Shown: positions 56,110 to 64,000 of the stretch, piece by piece
Numbering within the stretch: the first letter of the stretch is position 1
Layout of the letters: each line of letters starts with the position of its first letter
Source of the DNA: an uncultured virus (IMG/VR IMGVR_UViG_3300030116_002442)
Taxonomy: Duplodnaviria > Heunggongvirae > Uroviricota > Caudoviricetes
IMG/VR virus record: IMGVR_UViG_3300030116_002442
Strand: one strand, 5' to 3'
DNA: 64,000 nt
Translations under genes and position numbers: made by a program
The notes under the pieces: generated by a model
What the model was told of the DNA's origin: nothing
The model's input: the letters and a program-made list of their open reading frames with translations, nothing else
Databases searched by the model: none

Positions 56110-56217
56110 ATGAATATAGAAATTAATTCTGAGGACATGATTATATTGTCCTTGTACAACGAAAATAATGTAAATGAAGATATGTTTGATACCTTTGTGT
56201 CAAGCTATATCTCATAA
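56110..56217 (+). CDS. 35-aa acidic peptide (not in ORF track)
   Basis: MNIEINSEDM...SYIS*; leader TTTAACCTTTAA..TTTATGCTATG shared with the 57083 ORF. Confidence 0.45.
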   Translation: MNIEINSEDMIILSLYNENNVNEDMFDTFVSSYIS

Positions 56218-56644
56218 TTAAATAAACGATAATCCATGGGTGATAATACATATTTAACAGAAAAGTGCTTGCACGAAGTAATTAACTATGTATATATGAT
56301 GGTAGGAGCGACCAAAGCGGTGGCGGTTGTTTGACGTTAGGTGCACACTTGTTAGGGCCAATATCACAAAGCTCTTTAGAAACTCTTAGGCAAGGGACAG
56401 AAAGCCCCCTACATTTATTTGTATGGGTAAGTAATTATCTTGAACGATTAGACTCAAGAATTGAGAAAAAAAACTGGGCCACTCCTATTAATCGACAGAC
56501 CACATTCTCCGTATCGTTTAACTTGTAAGATAAGACTATTAGGTTGCAGAACAAGATACTTGTTGGTAGTGTATACTACATTGGAGGATAAATATCCTTT
56601 TTCTGTAGCCAATGTCTTATTATTTTTTAATTAATACTTATAAC

Positions 56645-56974
56645 ATGAAAAAATTACTTAAATCAATTAATTTATTGATAGCTGATTATCTTTCAGGTAA
56701 AGATATGGCTATCATACCTAAATCAGAACTCACTTTATTTATTAAACAATGTGAAGATGATGTACATTCCTTAAAACATGAAGTTCAAAACATAACTATA
56801 GATGGCGAAAGTGTTACAAGAATGATACAAGATGAAGTTATAAATGCTTTAGAGTTTCGTTCTTATGACCTTGAACAATATATAGAAGGCTGTGGTTCGT
56901 GTGATGAGGTAATCACAGATTTAAAATCAAGAATAAATGAGTTTAAAACTAAAAACAATTTACGTAAAAATTAG
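56645..56974 (+). CDS. hypothetical early protein
   Basis: Start likely MKKLLK at 56645 (ORF track starts at 56612). Confidence 0.65.
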   Translation: MKKLLKSINLLIADYLSGKDMAIIPKSELTLFIKQCEDDVHSLKHEVQNITIDGESVTRMIQDEVINALEFRSYDLEQYIEGCGSCDEVITDLKSRINEFKTKNNLRKN

Positions 56975-56980
56975 TAATAT

Positions 56981-57057
56981 AGGGAGTGCTCGTCGTAAGT
57001 AGCGGTTATTCACTCAGACGTACGTGTAAGCTGCAGCTAAGCACGTGAGAGCTCCCT
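56981..57057 (+). ncRNA. candidate multi-stem structured element ending in a U tract
   Basis: AGGGAG/CTCCCT closing stem, CGTC/GACG arm, TACGTG/CACGTG arm. Confidence 0.35.
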
Positions 57058-57082
57058 TTTTTTTAACCTTTAAATTTATGCT

Positions 57083-57301
57083 ATGGAAATATTTGCAATT
57101 AATATGAAAACATATATGTTCAATAATTATACTGATGAAAGCTTTTTCAAAATAACTATTATTGATAATATGTTATACCAAACATTAGAAAGTGCTGTAA
57201 AGCAATTAGAATTATTATATGAAACTATTGATACAGATAATACAAATGTAGAGTATTACATAAGTACATACACATTACAATTACAAGATGATTATAATTA
57301 A
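57083..57301 (+). CDS. hypothetical early protein
   Basis: ORF with shared leader motif. Confidence 0.55.
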   Translation: MEIFAINMKTYMFNNYTDESFFKITIIDNMLYQTLESAVKQLELLYETIDTDNTNVEYYISTYTLQLQDDYN

Positions 57302-57506
57302 TAAACAAGAGGTTGATATCACCTCTTTAACAGTAGAAGATGTCAATAGATGTGACTTTCCGAAGTTCACTGATGCGTTCTTGTCAGCAGGTAAATACAC
57401 AAATGGTAACAACCTGAACGGCAAGGAGTTAGAACAGCTTGAAAAAGAATACCCAGACTTAGTAAACCAGTTAGCAGTTGAATCGTATTGGGATATAGGT
57501 CTATAA
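57288..57506 (+). CDS. hypothetical early protein
   Basis: VEDVNRCDFPKFTDAFLSA...ELEQL. Confidence 0.65.
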   Translation: MIIINKQEVDITSLTVEDVNRCDFPKFTDAFLSAGKYTNGNNLNGKELEQLEKEYPDLVNQLAVESYWDIGL

Positions 57507-57520
57507 TTTTTCATAGCGAG

Positions 57521-57596
57521 CCACAGGTAAGTGTGGTACTTTTATAGTAAAATTAATACGAAACCAACTGAAGAGTGCTTACCCACTCTTTTTTTT
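57521..57596 (+). ncRNA. candidate kissing-loop RNA element coupled to a terminator
   Basis: CCACA-GGTAAG-TGTGG and AAGAGTG-CTTACC-CACTCTT hairpins with perfectly complementary 6-nt loops. Confidence 0.5.
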
Positions 57597-57622
57597 ATTC
57601 ACTATCATTAATACTTACAACC

Positions 57623-57694
57623 ATGGAAGACTTAACCGACAATATATTTATAGGACTTATAGCAGTATTTATACTTTATATGATATTCGGGTAG
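57623..57694 (+). CDS. 23-aa single-TM peptide (not in ORF track)
   Basis: MEDLTDNIFIGLIAVFILYMIFG*; leader TTAATACTTA.AAC similar to that before 56645. Confidence 0.45.
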   Translation: MEDLTDNIFIGLIAVFILYMIFG

Positions 57695-57696
57695 CT

Positions 57697-57708
57697 GTTT
57701 GGCTATTC
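57697..57708 (+). promoter_or_regulatory. repeated early motif, copy 5
   Basis: GTTTGGCTATTC-GTTATT, matching the extension of copy 3. Confidence 0.45.
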
Positions 57709-57741
57709 GTTATTCCTTTTGTTTAACCTTAATTTATAACT

Positions 57742-58287
57742 ATGAAAGAAAAACTTCAAACCGAAACAATATACAATGCATTGATTAATTATCAAATGTC
57801 ATGCTCAAATGACCATAAAACTAAAAGCTTACAAGAAGCTATTTATCAATTAGAAGATATTAAAAACAACAAAGCTTTTATTAAAAACATTACTAAAGCA
57901 AAAGATATTAAAAATGAAGCATGTTTAACTATAGATAATGTAGTTCATTTCTTAGAAACTTTTATTAAAATGGAGCCAACAGTAATTTCATTTATAAAAG
58001 AAGATAATGGCACTACAGTGCATACTTTTATAAGGCATAACTCTATAGATTATCAAGAATGTGATAAATACAATCCTATTATGGGAGAAACAAATGCTAG
58101 AGTTGAGCATGTGTCTAGAAAAATGTTTTCATTCTTCTTAAATATAATAGAATTGATGTCAGATACTCAATTAACGTACATGAAAAAAATATTTCATAAC
58201 GAAATAAAAAGAAGAAAAGATATAGACAAAGTTGTTGATAAAGCTTCAAAAAAAATATTAAAAGATAATATAGATGAAAATAAATGA
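57742..58287 (+). CDS. hypothetical protein
   Basis: 181-aa ORF. Confidence 0.65.
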   Translation: MKEKLQTETIYNALINYQMSCSNDHKTKSLQEAIYQLEDIKNNKAFIKNITKAKDIKNEACLTIDNVVHFLETFIKMEPTVISFIKEDNGTTVHTFIRHNSIDYQECDKYNPIMGETNARVEHVSRKMFSFFLNIIELMSDTQLTYMKKIFHNEIKRRKDIDKVVDKASKKILKDNIDENK

Positions 58288-58468
58288 TGAAATGCGCAAT
58301 GGTATTCCTTGGGAAGCCATTGAAGATTACTATGATATGTTAGAGGAGCCTGAGTGGTTTTACTTCCATTGCTCTGATAATGTGTCGTATGAAATTACCA
58401 GTAAAGGAGAAACCTTTGCTGATGAAAAATTATTAACTAAAAAATTATATAAAAAATGTGTGGATTAG
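58274..58468 (+). CDS. hypothetical protein
   Basis: 64-aa ORF overlapping neighbours. Confidence 0.5.
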   Translation: MKINDEMRNGIPWEAIEDYYDMLEEPEWFYFHCSDNVSYEITSKGETFADEKLLTKKLYKKCVD

Positions 58469-59370
58469 TAGGATTTAGTGGTAAAGCTGATACAAGTGTA
58501 TTTAAAGCTTTACATTTATTAGCAGATAATGACAGTAGGGGCGGACACTCTTCAGGATTATTTGCAAATGGTAAAATATACAAGACTGTTGATGAGTCTA
58601 TGAATATATTACCTATGCTTAAAACTAGCGTAACTGGTAGTGTTCTTATTGGACACACTAGATATGCAACTCACGGTAAACATACTGTTGAGAACGCTCA
58701 CCCTTATCAATATAATAACATTGTAGGAGCACACAATGGTGTATTATCTAATTATGAAGAGGTGGGTAAAAAGTTTAATATTAAAAAGACCACCGTTGAC
58801 TCTCAAATGATATTTAAATTACTTGCACAAGAAAAAGACGACAACCATTTAGGTTTATTTAGTGGTGCTAAGAATGTTTTATTTACCAAAGGAGACAACA
58901 AGCTTTATGTATACCGTAGAGATAACCCATTGTTTTACTTAGAAACAGAGGAGGGTATATATGTAAGTTCTTTAGAAGAAGGTCTTAAAAATATTAAGAA
59001 AAAGAACGAAGTTGTAATAGAAGTTCCAGAAAATAAATTATTTACATTAGAAAATGGCAAGATTGTAAAAACAAAGAAAATTAAACATAAACCAATCGCA
59101 TCTAAATCTACTGTAAATACAGACTGGAGAAGCTATGGTGGATACACTCCAAGAAGTGAGCTCTATGGTAATTACACTTATGACAGTTATGGTGGTTATG
59201 ATTTTCAAGAAGAAGATGATAAGCTACAAGAACAAGAGTTTGAACAACTTGCAGATTTTGCTGACTTTGTGCATGAATTGTATTGTACTGACAGATTTAC
59301 TGATACAGAGCAACACAAGCTTATGGAATTGTATAACTTTTTAAACACTTATGCTTATGAGTACTATTAA
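58456..59370 (+). CDS. class II (Ntn) glutamine amidotransferase
   Basis: MCGLVG N-terminal Cys, SRGGHSSG, GHTRYAT, NAHPY, AHNG, VDSQ. Confidence 0.92.
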   Translation: MCGLVGFSGKADTSVFKALHLLADNDSRGGHSSGLFANGKIYKTVDESMNILPMLKTSVTGSVLIGHTRYATHGKHTVENAHPYQYNNIVGAHNGVLSNYEEVGKKFNIKKTTVDSQMIFKLLAQEKDDNHLGLFSGAKNVLFTKGDNKLYVYRRDNPLFYLETEEGIYVSSLEEGLKNIKKKNEVVIEVPENKLFTLENGKIVKTKKIKHKPIASKSTVNTDWRSYGGYTPRSELYGNYTYDSYGGYDFQEEDDKLQEQEFEQLADFADFVHELYCTDRFTDTEQHKLMELYNFLNTYAYEYY

Positions 59371-60709
59371 AGAAAAATTAGTTGAATGTGTATGTGGTAA
59401 TCATTTTCCTATTGAAGAGGTTGTAGACCTTTATGGTGGAGGTTATGTTCATAATGAAGAATTAGATGATTATGTACAATTAGATGAATCTTGTGGGGAA
59501 TCTCAACTTAGTAACGGTGGACTTTGGTGCCACATACACGATACTATAGAAGTTGATTGTGACAGCAGCTATTATCCTGCAGAAAACTATCATGACTTTG
59601 ACATTGACTGGTGTCATGCTAATGAAACCTATATGTATACAGATAATATGTACTGGGGGTATGTTAGTAGAAGAAATGAGGGTTGGTTCTGTAATGAAAG
59701 TACTGATTATGTTTATTCAGAACGTGATGATGTGTATTTTATGGACTGCGATATAGCTCGAGATAGAGACTATGAATATTGTGAATCATCAGATGATTAT
59801 CTGCATGTAGATGACATAGAAAACTCAGGAAGCGAGTGGGATAACACTAGCGACACAGCTAATCTATGTAAAAAGTATAGAAAAACTTTTGGTATGCCAT
59901 ATACTTTTGGTGTAGAAATAGAAACTAGCGATGGTTACTTAGAATTTGATAGCAGCCTAAATGTTAAAGCTGTATACGATGGTAGTATAAACGGTAAAGA
60001 ATATGTTACTGGTTGTATGTCAGGTGATGGAGGTGTTAATATGTTACAGAGAATATGCCAAAAAATTAGTCATACTTGTTATGTAGACTCTAGTTGTGGC
60101 GTTCATGTTCATATAGGTGGTGCTAACTTCAATAGAAGATTTAGTATATTATCTGTTATGTTAGGTGTAATGCTTGAGACGCAAATATTTTCTATGATGC
60201 CTCCATCAAGAATGAAGTCTAGTTATTGTTTGAAAATACCTGATAAGTTCTATAAGTTAAGAACTATTAACAAAAGACTATACCCAAGAACATACAAAAG
60301 AATGTTAAATTTATTAGCAGAGTATGTTCATGTTGAAGGGTCTGAGTTTTCTAAAAACAATAACAAAAAACTTTCTCATCCAGGTGGTAGGTACGCTAGT
60401 TCTAGATATAAGTGGTTAAATCTAAATAACTGTAGTTATAATAGAACTGGCCCTAATACCATTGAATTCAGGTGTCATAGTGGCTCTAAAGATTTCACTA
60501 AAATATATAATTGGTTATTAATATGTATGTGTTTTGTGAAGTATGTAGAGAATAATTCTAGAGACATTATAAATTCATACAATGATTGGATTAAGGGGCA
60601 TGTTAGTAAAAGAATAACACTGGATACAATTATAAAAGCTGGACTTGGTAAAAAATCTGATTTCTTGATACAATACATCAACAACAGAATGGAAAAGTTT
60701 TCAGGTTAA
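59351..60709 (+). CDS. putative amidoligase (COOH-NH2 ligase) with acidic Cys/His-rich N-terminus
   Basis: TFGVEIET, DGSI, KEYVT, SCGVHVHIG, RYKWLN, TIEFR. Confidence 0.85.
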   Translation: MLMSTIKEKLVECVCGNHFPIEEVVDLYGGGYVHNEELDDYVQLDESCGESQLSNGGLWCHIHDTIEVDCDSSYYPAENYHDFDIDWCHANETYMYTDNMYWGYVSRRNEGWFCNESTDYVYSERDDVYFMDCDIARDRDYEYCESSDDYLHVDDIENSGSEWDNTSDTANLCKKYRKTFGMPYTFGVEIETSDGYLEFDSSLNVKAVYDGSINGKEYVTGCMSGDGGVNMLQRICQKISHTCYVDSSCGVHVHIGGANFNRRFSILSVMLGVMLETQIFSMMPPSRMKSSYCLKIPDKFYKLRTINKRLYPRTYKRMLNLLAEYVHVEGSEFSKNNNKKLSHPGGRYASSRYKWLNLNNCSYNRTGPNTIEFRCHSGSKDFTKIYNWLLICMCFVKYVENNSRDIINSYNDWIKGHVSKRITLDTIIKAGLGKKSDFLIQYINNRMEKFSG

Positions 60710-60722
60710 TCGCTGCTCAATT

Positions 60723-60796
60723 AAGTGTGTGTAATAGTTATTTAAAATATATCTTGTCCGTAACTATGTGCGGCCCGTGATTCCGCGCACACACTT
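60723..60796 (+). ncRNA. candidate structured element (three-way junction)
   Basis: AAGTGTGTGT/GCACACACTT closing stem; ATAGTTA/TAACTAT and GCGG/CCGC arms. Confidence 0.35.
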
Positions 60797-60854
60797 TAAC
60801 ATAAGGTTTAGATTAGGCCTAGAGCTGAATACTCTATCAACCAATCTAATAATA

Positions 60855-60886
60855 CCCCTACTATTTGGCGTGTAGGGGTTCCTTTT
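60855..60886 (+). terminator. intrinsic terminator
   Basis: CCCCTAC...GTAGGGG then TTCCTTTT. Confidence 0.55.
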
Positions 60887-60923
60887 GTTGATAACTTTTT
60901 TTTATTATTAACAATTATTAATA

Positions 60924-60931
60924 TAAATTTG
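60924..60931 (+). promoter_or_regulatory. -7 element TAAATTTG for the replication operon
   Basis: Exact TAnnTTTG, 7 nt before ATG 60939. Confidence 0.6.
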
Positions 60932-60938
60932 CAACCTC

Positions 60939-61256
60939 ATGGATAAATTACAAAAACAATTATGGTTCGATACTTTCTGGAAAGAGTATCCCAAAAAGGT
61001 AGGTAAAAAACAATGTAAGACATACTGGTCTAAACTAAAAGTGTCAGCAGAGTTATTCACTATCATTATGGACAGTTTGGTTGCTCAAAACGTCCTACGT
61101 GCAAAATATGCGCAAAATAATGCGTGGTACCCTAATCCTCCCGACCCTATTCGTTGGCTTAAATACGAACGTTGGGAAGATGAATTACCACCAATGGAAA
61201 CTGAAGTTAAACAGGTTTATAAAAAACCACAATACAAAAATTATGATGAAAGATAA
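60939..61256 (+). CDS. replication initiator/helicase-loader-like protein
   Basis: FDTFWKEYPKKVGK...W...P.RWL...RWEDE, resembling phage replisome-organiser C-terminal domains; upstream of dnaB. Confidence 0.65.
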   Translation: MDKLQKQLWFDTFWKEYPKKVGKKQCKTYWSKLKVSAELFTIIMDSLVAQNVLRAKYAQNNAWYPNPPDPIRWLKYERWEDELPPMETEVKQVYKKPQYKNYDER

Positions 61257-61422
61257 TGTAATAGTAGATTACGATAAAGTGCAAGACGCTTTACAATACT
61301 TCCAAGAATTTAGAATGGAAGAATTAAAACAAGACGACGCTTATTATATTAAACATATGATAAGGTATATAGAATACCTAGAGTTTAAAATAGATGTTAA
61401 AAATAAAGCGTTAGGATTATGA
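61243..61422 (+). CDS. hypothetical protein
   Basis: Start moved to MMKDNV at 61243. Confidence 0.55.
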   Translation: MMKDNVIVDYDKVQDALQYFQEFRMEELKQDDAYYIKHMIRYIEYLEFKIDVKNKALGL

Positions 61423-62720
61423 ATAAAGATAAATTAAATTTTGAAAGAATATTACTTGGTAAACTTATTAATAACCCTGAAAATTATTATGAAAACCACT
61501 CTCTTTTAAATGTATCTTTATTTAGTAACCCAGACAATAGAAAATTGTTTTCAGTATTAGATAAACAATATCAAGAAACAGGTAAAATAGATTTGACACA
61601 ATTTTATATGTCTTTTTCTGACTCATCTACAGCTATAGATATAGCTCGTAAATGCACAGAAATGGCTTATGATGGCTCTACATGTCAATCTATTATACTT
61701 GTTTTAAATCAAATATCTAGAAAAGAAAGATTAAAAATGTTATGTTTAAAAACTATAGACAGAATTAATAATGACGATGATTTATTTGAAATAGTAGATT
61801 CTGTTGAAAAAGAAACAAACAATATAGGTAATGTAGATAACAATGAATTAGTTTCTATAAGCGAACAAATGCCAGGTATGCTTAAAGGTTTAGAAGATAA
61901 TATAAATTCTAACGGCATGACTGGTATACCTAGTGGCTTTCCTTCTATAGATAAATTTACAAGTGGTTGGCAAAAACAAGACTTAGTTATAATAGGTGGT
62001 GCCTCATCTATGGGTAAAACTAGTTTTGCTTTAAATGTAGCTGTTAATGCTTGTAATATGAATCACTCTATTGTTATATTTTCTTACGAAATGAGTGTAA
62101 ATCAAATGTTAATGCGTATGGTTAGTGGTGACACTAATATAAACAATAAACATTTACTTAAAGGCACTATATACCCAGAAGAGTTAACAAAAATACACCA
62201 AAGTGTTGGTCATTTTGAAAAACTCAATATGTATATAGACGAGTGTAGAAATACATCCTTAAAATATTTACTTAATAGAATAAGACAATATGTTATATCT
62301 AAAAAAGTAGAAATGGTAGTTGTAGATTATCTTCAATTAATTTCTTACAATGCAAAGGGTAGAACAAGAGAACAAGAAGTGTCTCATGTAGCAAGGGCAT
62401 TAAAAAACATAGCTAAAGAATTAGACATAACTGTAGTTGCTTTGTCTCAATTATCTAGAAATGTAAGTAAAAGAGATACGGGTAGGCCTACACTTGCTGA
62501 CTTAAGAGAATCAGGTGAAATAGAACAAGCTGCTGATGTTGTTGCTTTTGTTTATAGACCAGAATATTATGGTTTAAAAACAGATGATAATGGCAATAGT
62601 GTAGAGGGTATGGCTGAAATAATATTTGCTAAGGGTAGAAATATAGGTATAGGTAGTAAGTATTTAAAGTTTGTTGATTACTTAACTAAGTTTGAAGAGT
62701 TATCAACATTTAAATCTTAA
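61419..62720 (+). CDS. dnaB: replicative DNA helicase
   Basis: GASSMGKT Walker A, FSYEMS, VVDYLQL, LSQLSR, LRESGEIEQAAD, KGRN. Confidence 0.95.
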   Translation: MNKDKLNFERILLGKLINNPENYYENHSLLNVSLFSNPDNRKLFSVLDKQYQETGKIDLTQFYMSFSDSSTAIDIARKCTEMAYDGSTCQSIILVLNQISRKERLKMLCLKTIDRINNDDDLFEIVDSVEKETNNIGNVDNNELVSISEQMPGMLKGLEDNINSNGMTGIPSGFPSIDKFTSGWQKQDLVIIGGASSMGKTSFALNVAVNACNMNHSIVIFSYEMSVNQMLMRMVSGDTNINNKHLLKGTIYPEELTKIHQSVGHFEKLNMYIDECRNTSLKYLLNRIRQYVISKKVEMVVVDYLQLISYNAKGRTREQEVSHVARALKNIAKELDITVVALSQLSRNVSKRDTGRPTLADLRESGEIEQAADVVAFVYRPEYYGLKTDDNGNSVEGMAEIIFAKGRNIGIGSKYLKFVDYLTKFEELSTFKS

Positions 62721-62787
62721 TAAACTATCAAAATATTTTTGCTTTTCTTTTTTGTATATTTGTATTTATTAAGTACATTTGTATGAT

Positions 62788-63012
62788 ATGATTAGATTTG
62801 ATGATACATCTAAAAAGGTGTCTAAAAACCTTAATATTAAAAAAGATATTGTTAAAAAAGTTCTTAACAAAACCTTCGAGGAAATAGAAAAGAACTTAAA
62901 TAACAATAAAAATTTTATGTTTAAGGGTTACACTAAAATTGTCAAGTCTAATCAGAAAAGAAAACCGATAAATAAAATCGAATTGTTTAATTTAAAAACG
63001 AAAGAAAAATGA
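62788..63012 (+). CDS. HU/IHF-like small basic protein
   Basis: KKVSKNLNIKKDIVKKVL...FMFKGY; TACATTTG -7 element at 62774-62781 suggests ATG 62788. Confidence 0.5.
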   Translation: MIRFDDTSKKVSKNLNIKKDIVKKVLNKTFEEIEKNLNNNKNFMFKGYTKIVKSNQKRKPINKIELFNLKTKEK

Positions 63013-63692
63013 AACCGAATATAATTATTGTGGGACCCTCGGGGTCAGGTAAGTCGAGCTCTATGAGAAATCTTGACCCTAAGTCCACAGCTGTGATTAA
63101 CACAGAAAGAAAACAACTGCCATTTAGAAATGCTAATGAGTTTATGAATGTGCCAGTTAAAAGTGTGTCAGAATTTCACACAGCTTTAGACAAAGCTATT
63201 AAAAGTGATAAAATAAAAACTATTGTTGTAGAATCTTTTACCTCTCTTGTAGAAACTATATATAGAGAAGCCGAAATAAGATACAAAGGCTTTGATGTGT
63301 GGGGTTATTACAACAAAGAGATAGGTAATATACTAGACAAGTCTAAGAACTCTGATAAGTACGTTATATTTACTGCTATAGATGGTGTGTATGATGGAGA
63401 TAATGGAGTTGAAGAAAGGTATGTTGCTGTAGATGGTAATAGATGGAAGAAAAGAGTAGAGAAAGAGTTTGTTGTTAGTTTATTTACAGACACTTTATCT
63501 ACTGATGATGGTGTTCAGTATAGGTTTAGAACAAATACAACAGGTAGAGATTCTGCAAAGAGTCCTATGGATATGTTCAAAAGCCTTTACATAGATAACT
63601 GTTTAAGAAAAGTTATAAGAGCTTGTAAAGACTATTATACAGAGCCACAAACAGCTATTATGAATAGTACATTTGCAAAAGAAAAAGTTTAA
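63009..63692 (+). CDS. AAA_24/Sak4-like P-loop ATPase
   Basis: GPSGSGKS, INTERKQLPF, VVESFT, AKSPMDMF. Confidence 0.8.
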   Translation: MKPNIIIVGPSGSGKSSSMRNLDPKSTAVINTERKQLPFRNANEFMNVPVKSVSEFHTALDKAIKSDKIKTIVVESFTSLVETIYREAEIRYKGFDVWGYYNKEIGNILDKSKNSDKYVIFTAIDGVYDGDNGVEERYVAVDGNRWKKRVEKEFVVSLFTDTLSTDDGVQYRFRTNTTGRDSAKSPMDMFKSLYIDNCLRKVIRACKDYYTEPQTAIMNSTFAKEKV

Positions 63693-63708
63693 TTAAAATC
63701 GAATAAAA

Positions 63709-64000
63709 ATGTTTCCAAAATTGAATGAAACCAAATTAAAGACTCCTGAATCTAAGTCAGATTACTTAGGTGCAGGAGCACACACAGTAGAAATTAGAAA
63801 ATTTAAAACAAGTGATGAGGTACCAGGTTATCAAGGCACGCCATATACAGAATTTATGGTGGGTAATGACTCTGGTATTGCATTTCTAAAATTCACAGGT
63901 GTAGATAACTATACTAGTGAAGCTGCTGCTAGAGTAAGAACTGAGATATTTAAATCTTTCTTAACCGCCGCAGGTTGTTCTAATTTTACAGACGCTCACA
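63709..64000 (+). CDS. partial ORF, probable SSB-like protein
   Basis: MFPKLNE...YLGAGAHTVEI...; open to the window end; follows the AAA ATPase. Confidence 0.5.
   Translation, partial: MFPKLNETKLKTPESKSDYLGAGAHTVEIRKFKTSDEVPGYQGTPYTEFMVGNDSGIAFLKFTGVDNYTSEAAARVRTEIFKSFLTAAGCSNFTDAH

Noticed and set aside
56331..56528. 65-aa ORF with TTG start
   Set aside because: No AT-rich leader like neighbouring genes and atypical composition; more likely part of a non-coding element.
57559..57577. GAAAC and CTGAAGAG hammerhead core words
   Set aside because: Only 3 nt apart in this order, leaving no room for stems I and III.
61081..61242. 5' extension of ORF 61081-61422
   Set aside because: Overlaps the initiator-like gene by 176 nt; ATG 61243 is the more plausible start.
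55332..63493. - strand ORFs in the early/replication block (e.g. 55332-55634, 57281-57514, 61709-61918)
   Set aside because: Antisense to well-supported + strand genes.
1..64000. Stop-codon reassignment as in some Crassvirales
   Set aside because: Long genes are intact in code 11, and TAG and TGA both serve as real stops at gene boundaries.
1..64000. tRNA, tmRNA, CRISPR array, integrase, introns/inteins
   Set aside because: No cloverleaf with T-loop consensus and no regularly spaced repeats seen by eye. TerL and DnaB are normal length and uninterrupted. A covariance search could still find divergent RNAs.

Overview
Most of the genome of an AT-rich, crAss-like (Crassvirales-type) podovirus. 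Promoter motifs and a T9SS-like sorting signal point to a Bacteroidota host, plausibly a flavobacterium. The standard genetic code fits all ORFs. A short + strand tail (56-1100: GGCT, HNH, DnaA-CTD-like protein) converges on a ~53 kb - strand late block. Read right to left, that block holds small paralogous proteins, terminase, portal, scaffold-like protein, major capsid protein, ring/tail proteins, three ejection proteins and a 4001-aa virion RNA polymerase. It ends in an envelope/lysis module, small basic proteins and a metallophosphoesterase. After a strand switch at ~54.2 kb comes a + strand early region with a repeated candidate phage promoter, many GC-rich structured intergenic elements and small ORFs, then glutamine amidotransferase, amidoligase, initiator-like protein, DnaB, AAA ATPase and a partial SSB-like gene. 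Most notable: (1) seven late proteins end in Q-x-D, mostly after an x-x-G-G motif, a candidate virion-cargo tag; (2) a phage-encoded OMP, T9SS-type cargo protein and redox-dead thioredoxin module; (3) a six-member paralog family; (4) candidate ncRNAs, including a kissing-loop element; (5) leaderless late promoters. All family assignments come from reading motifs by eye, with no database searches.
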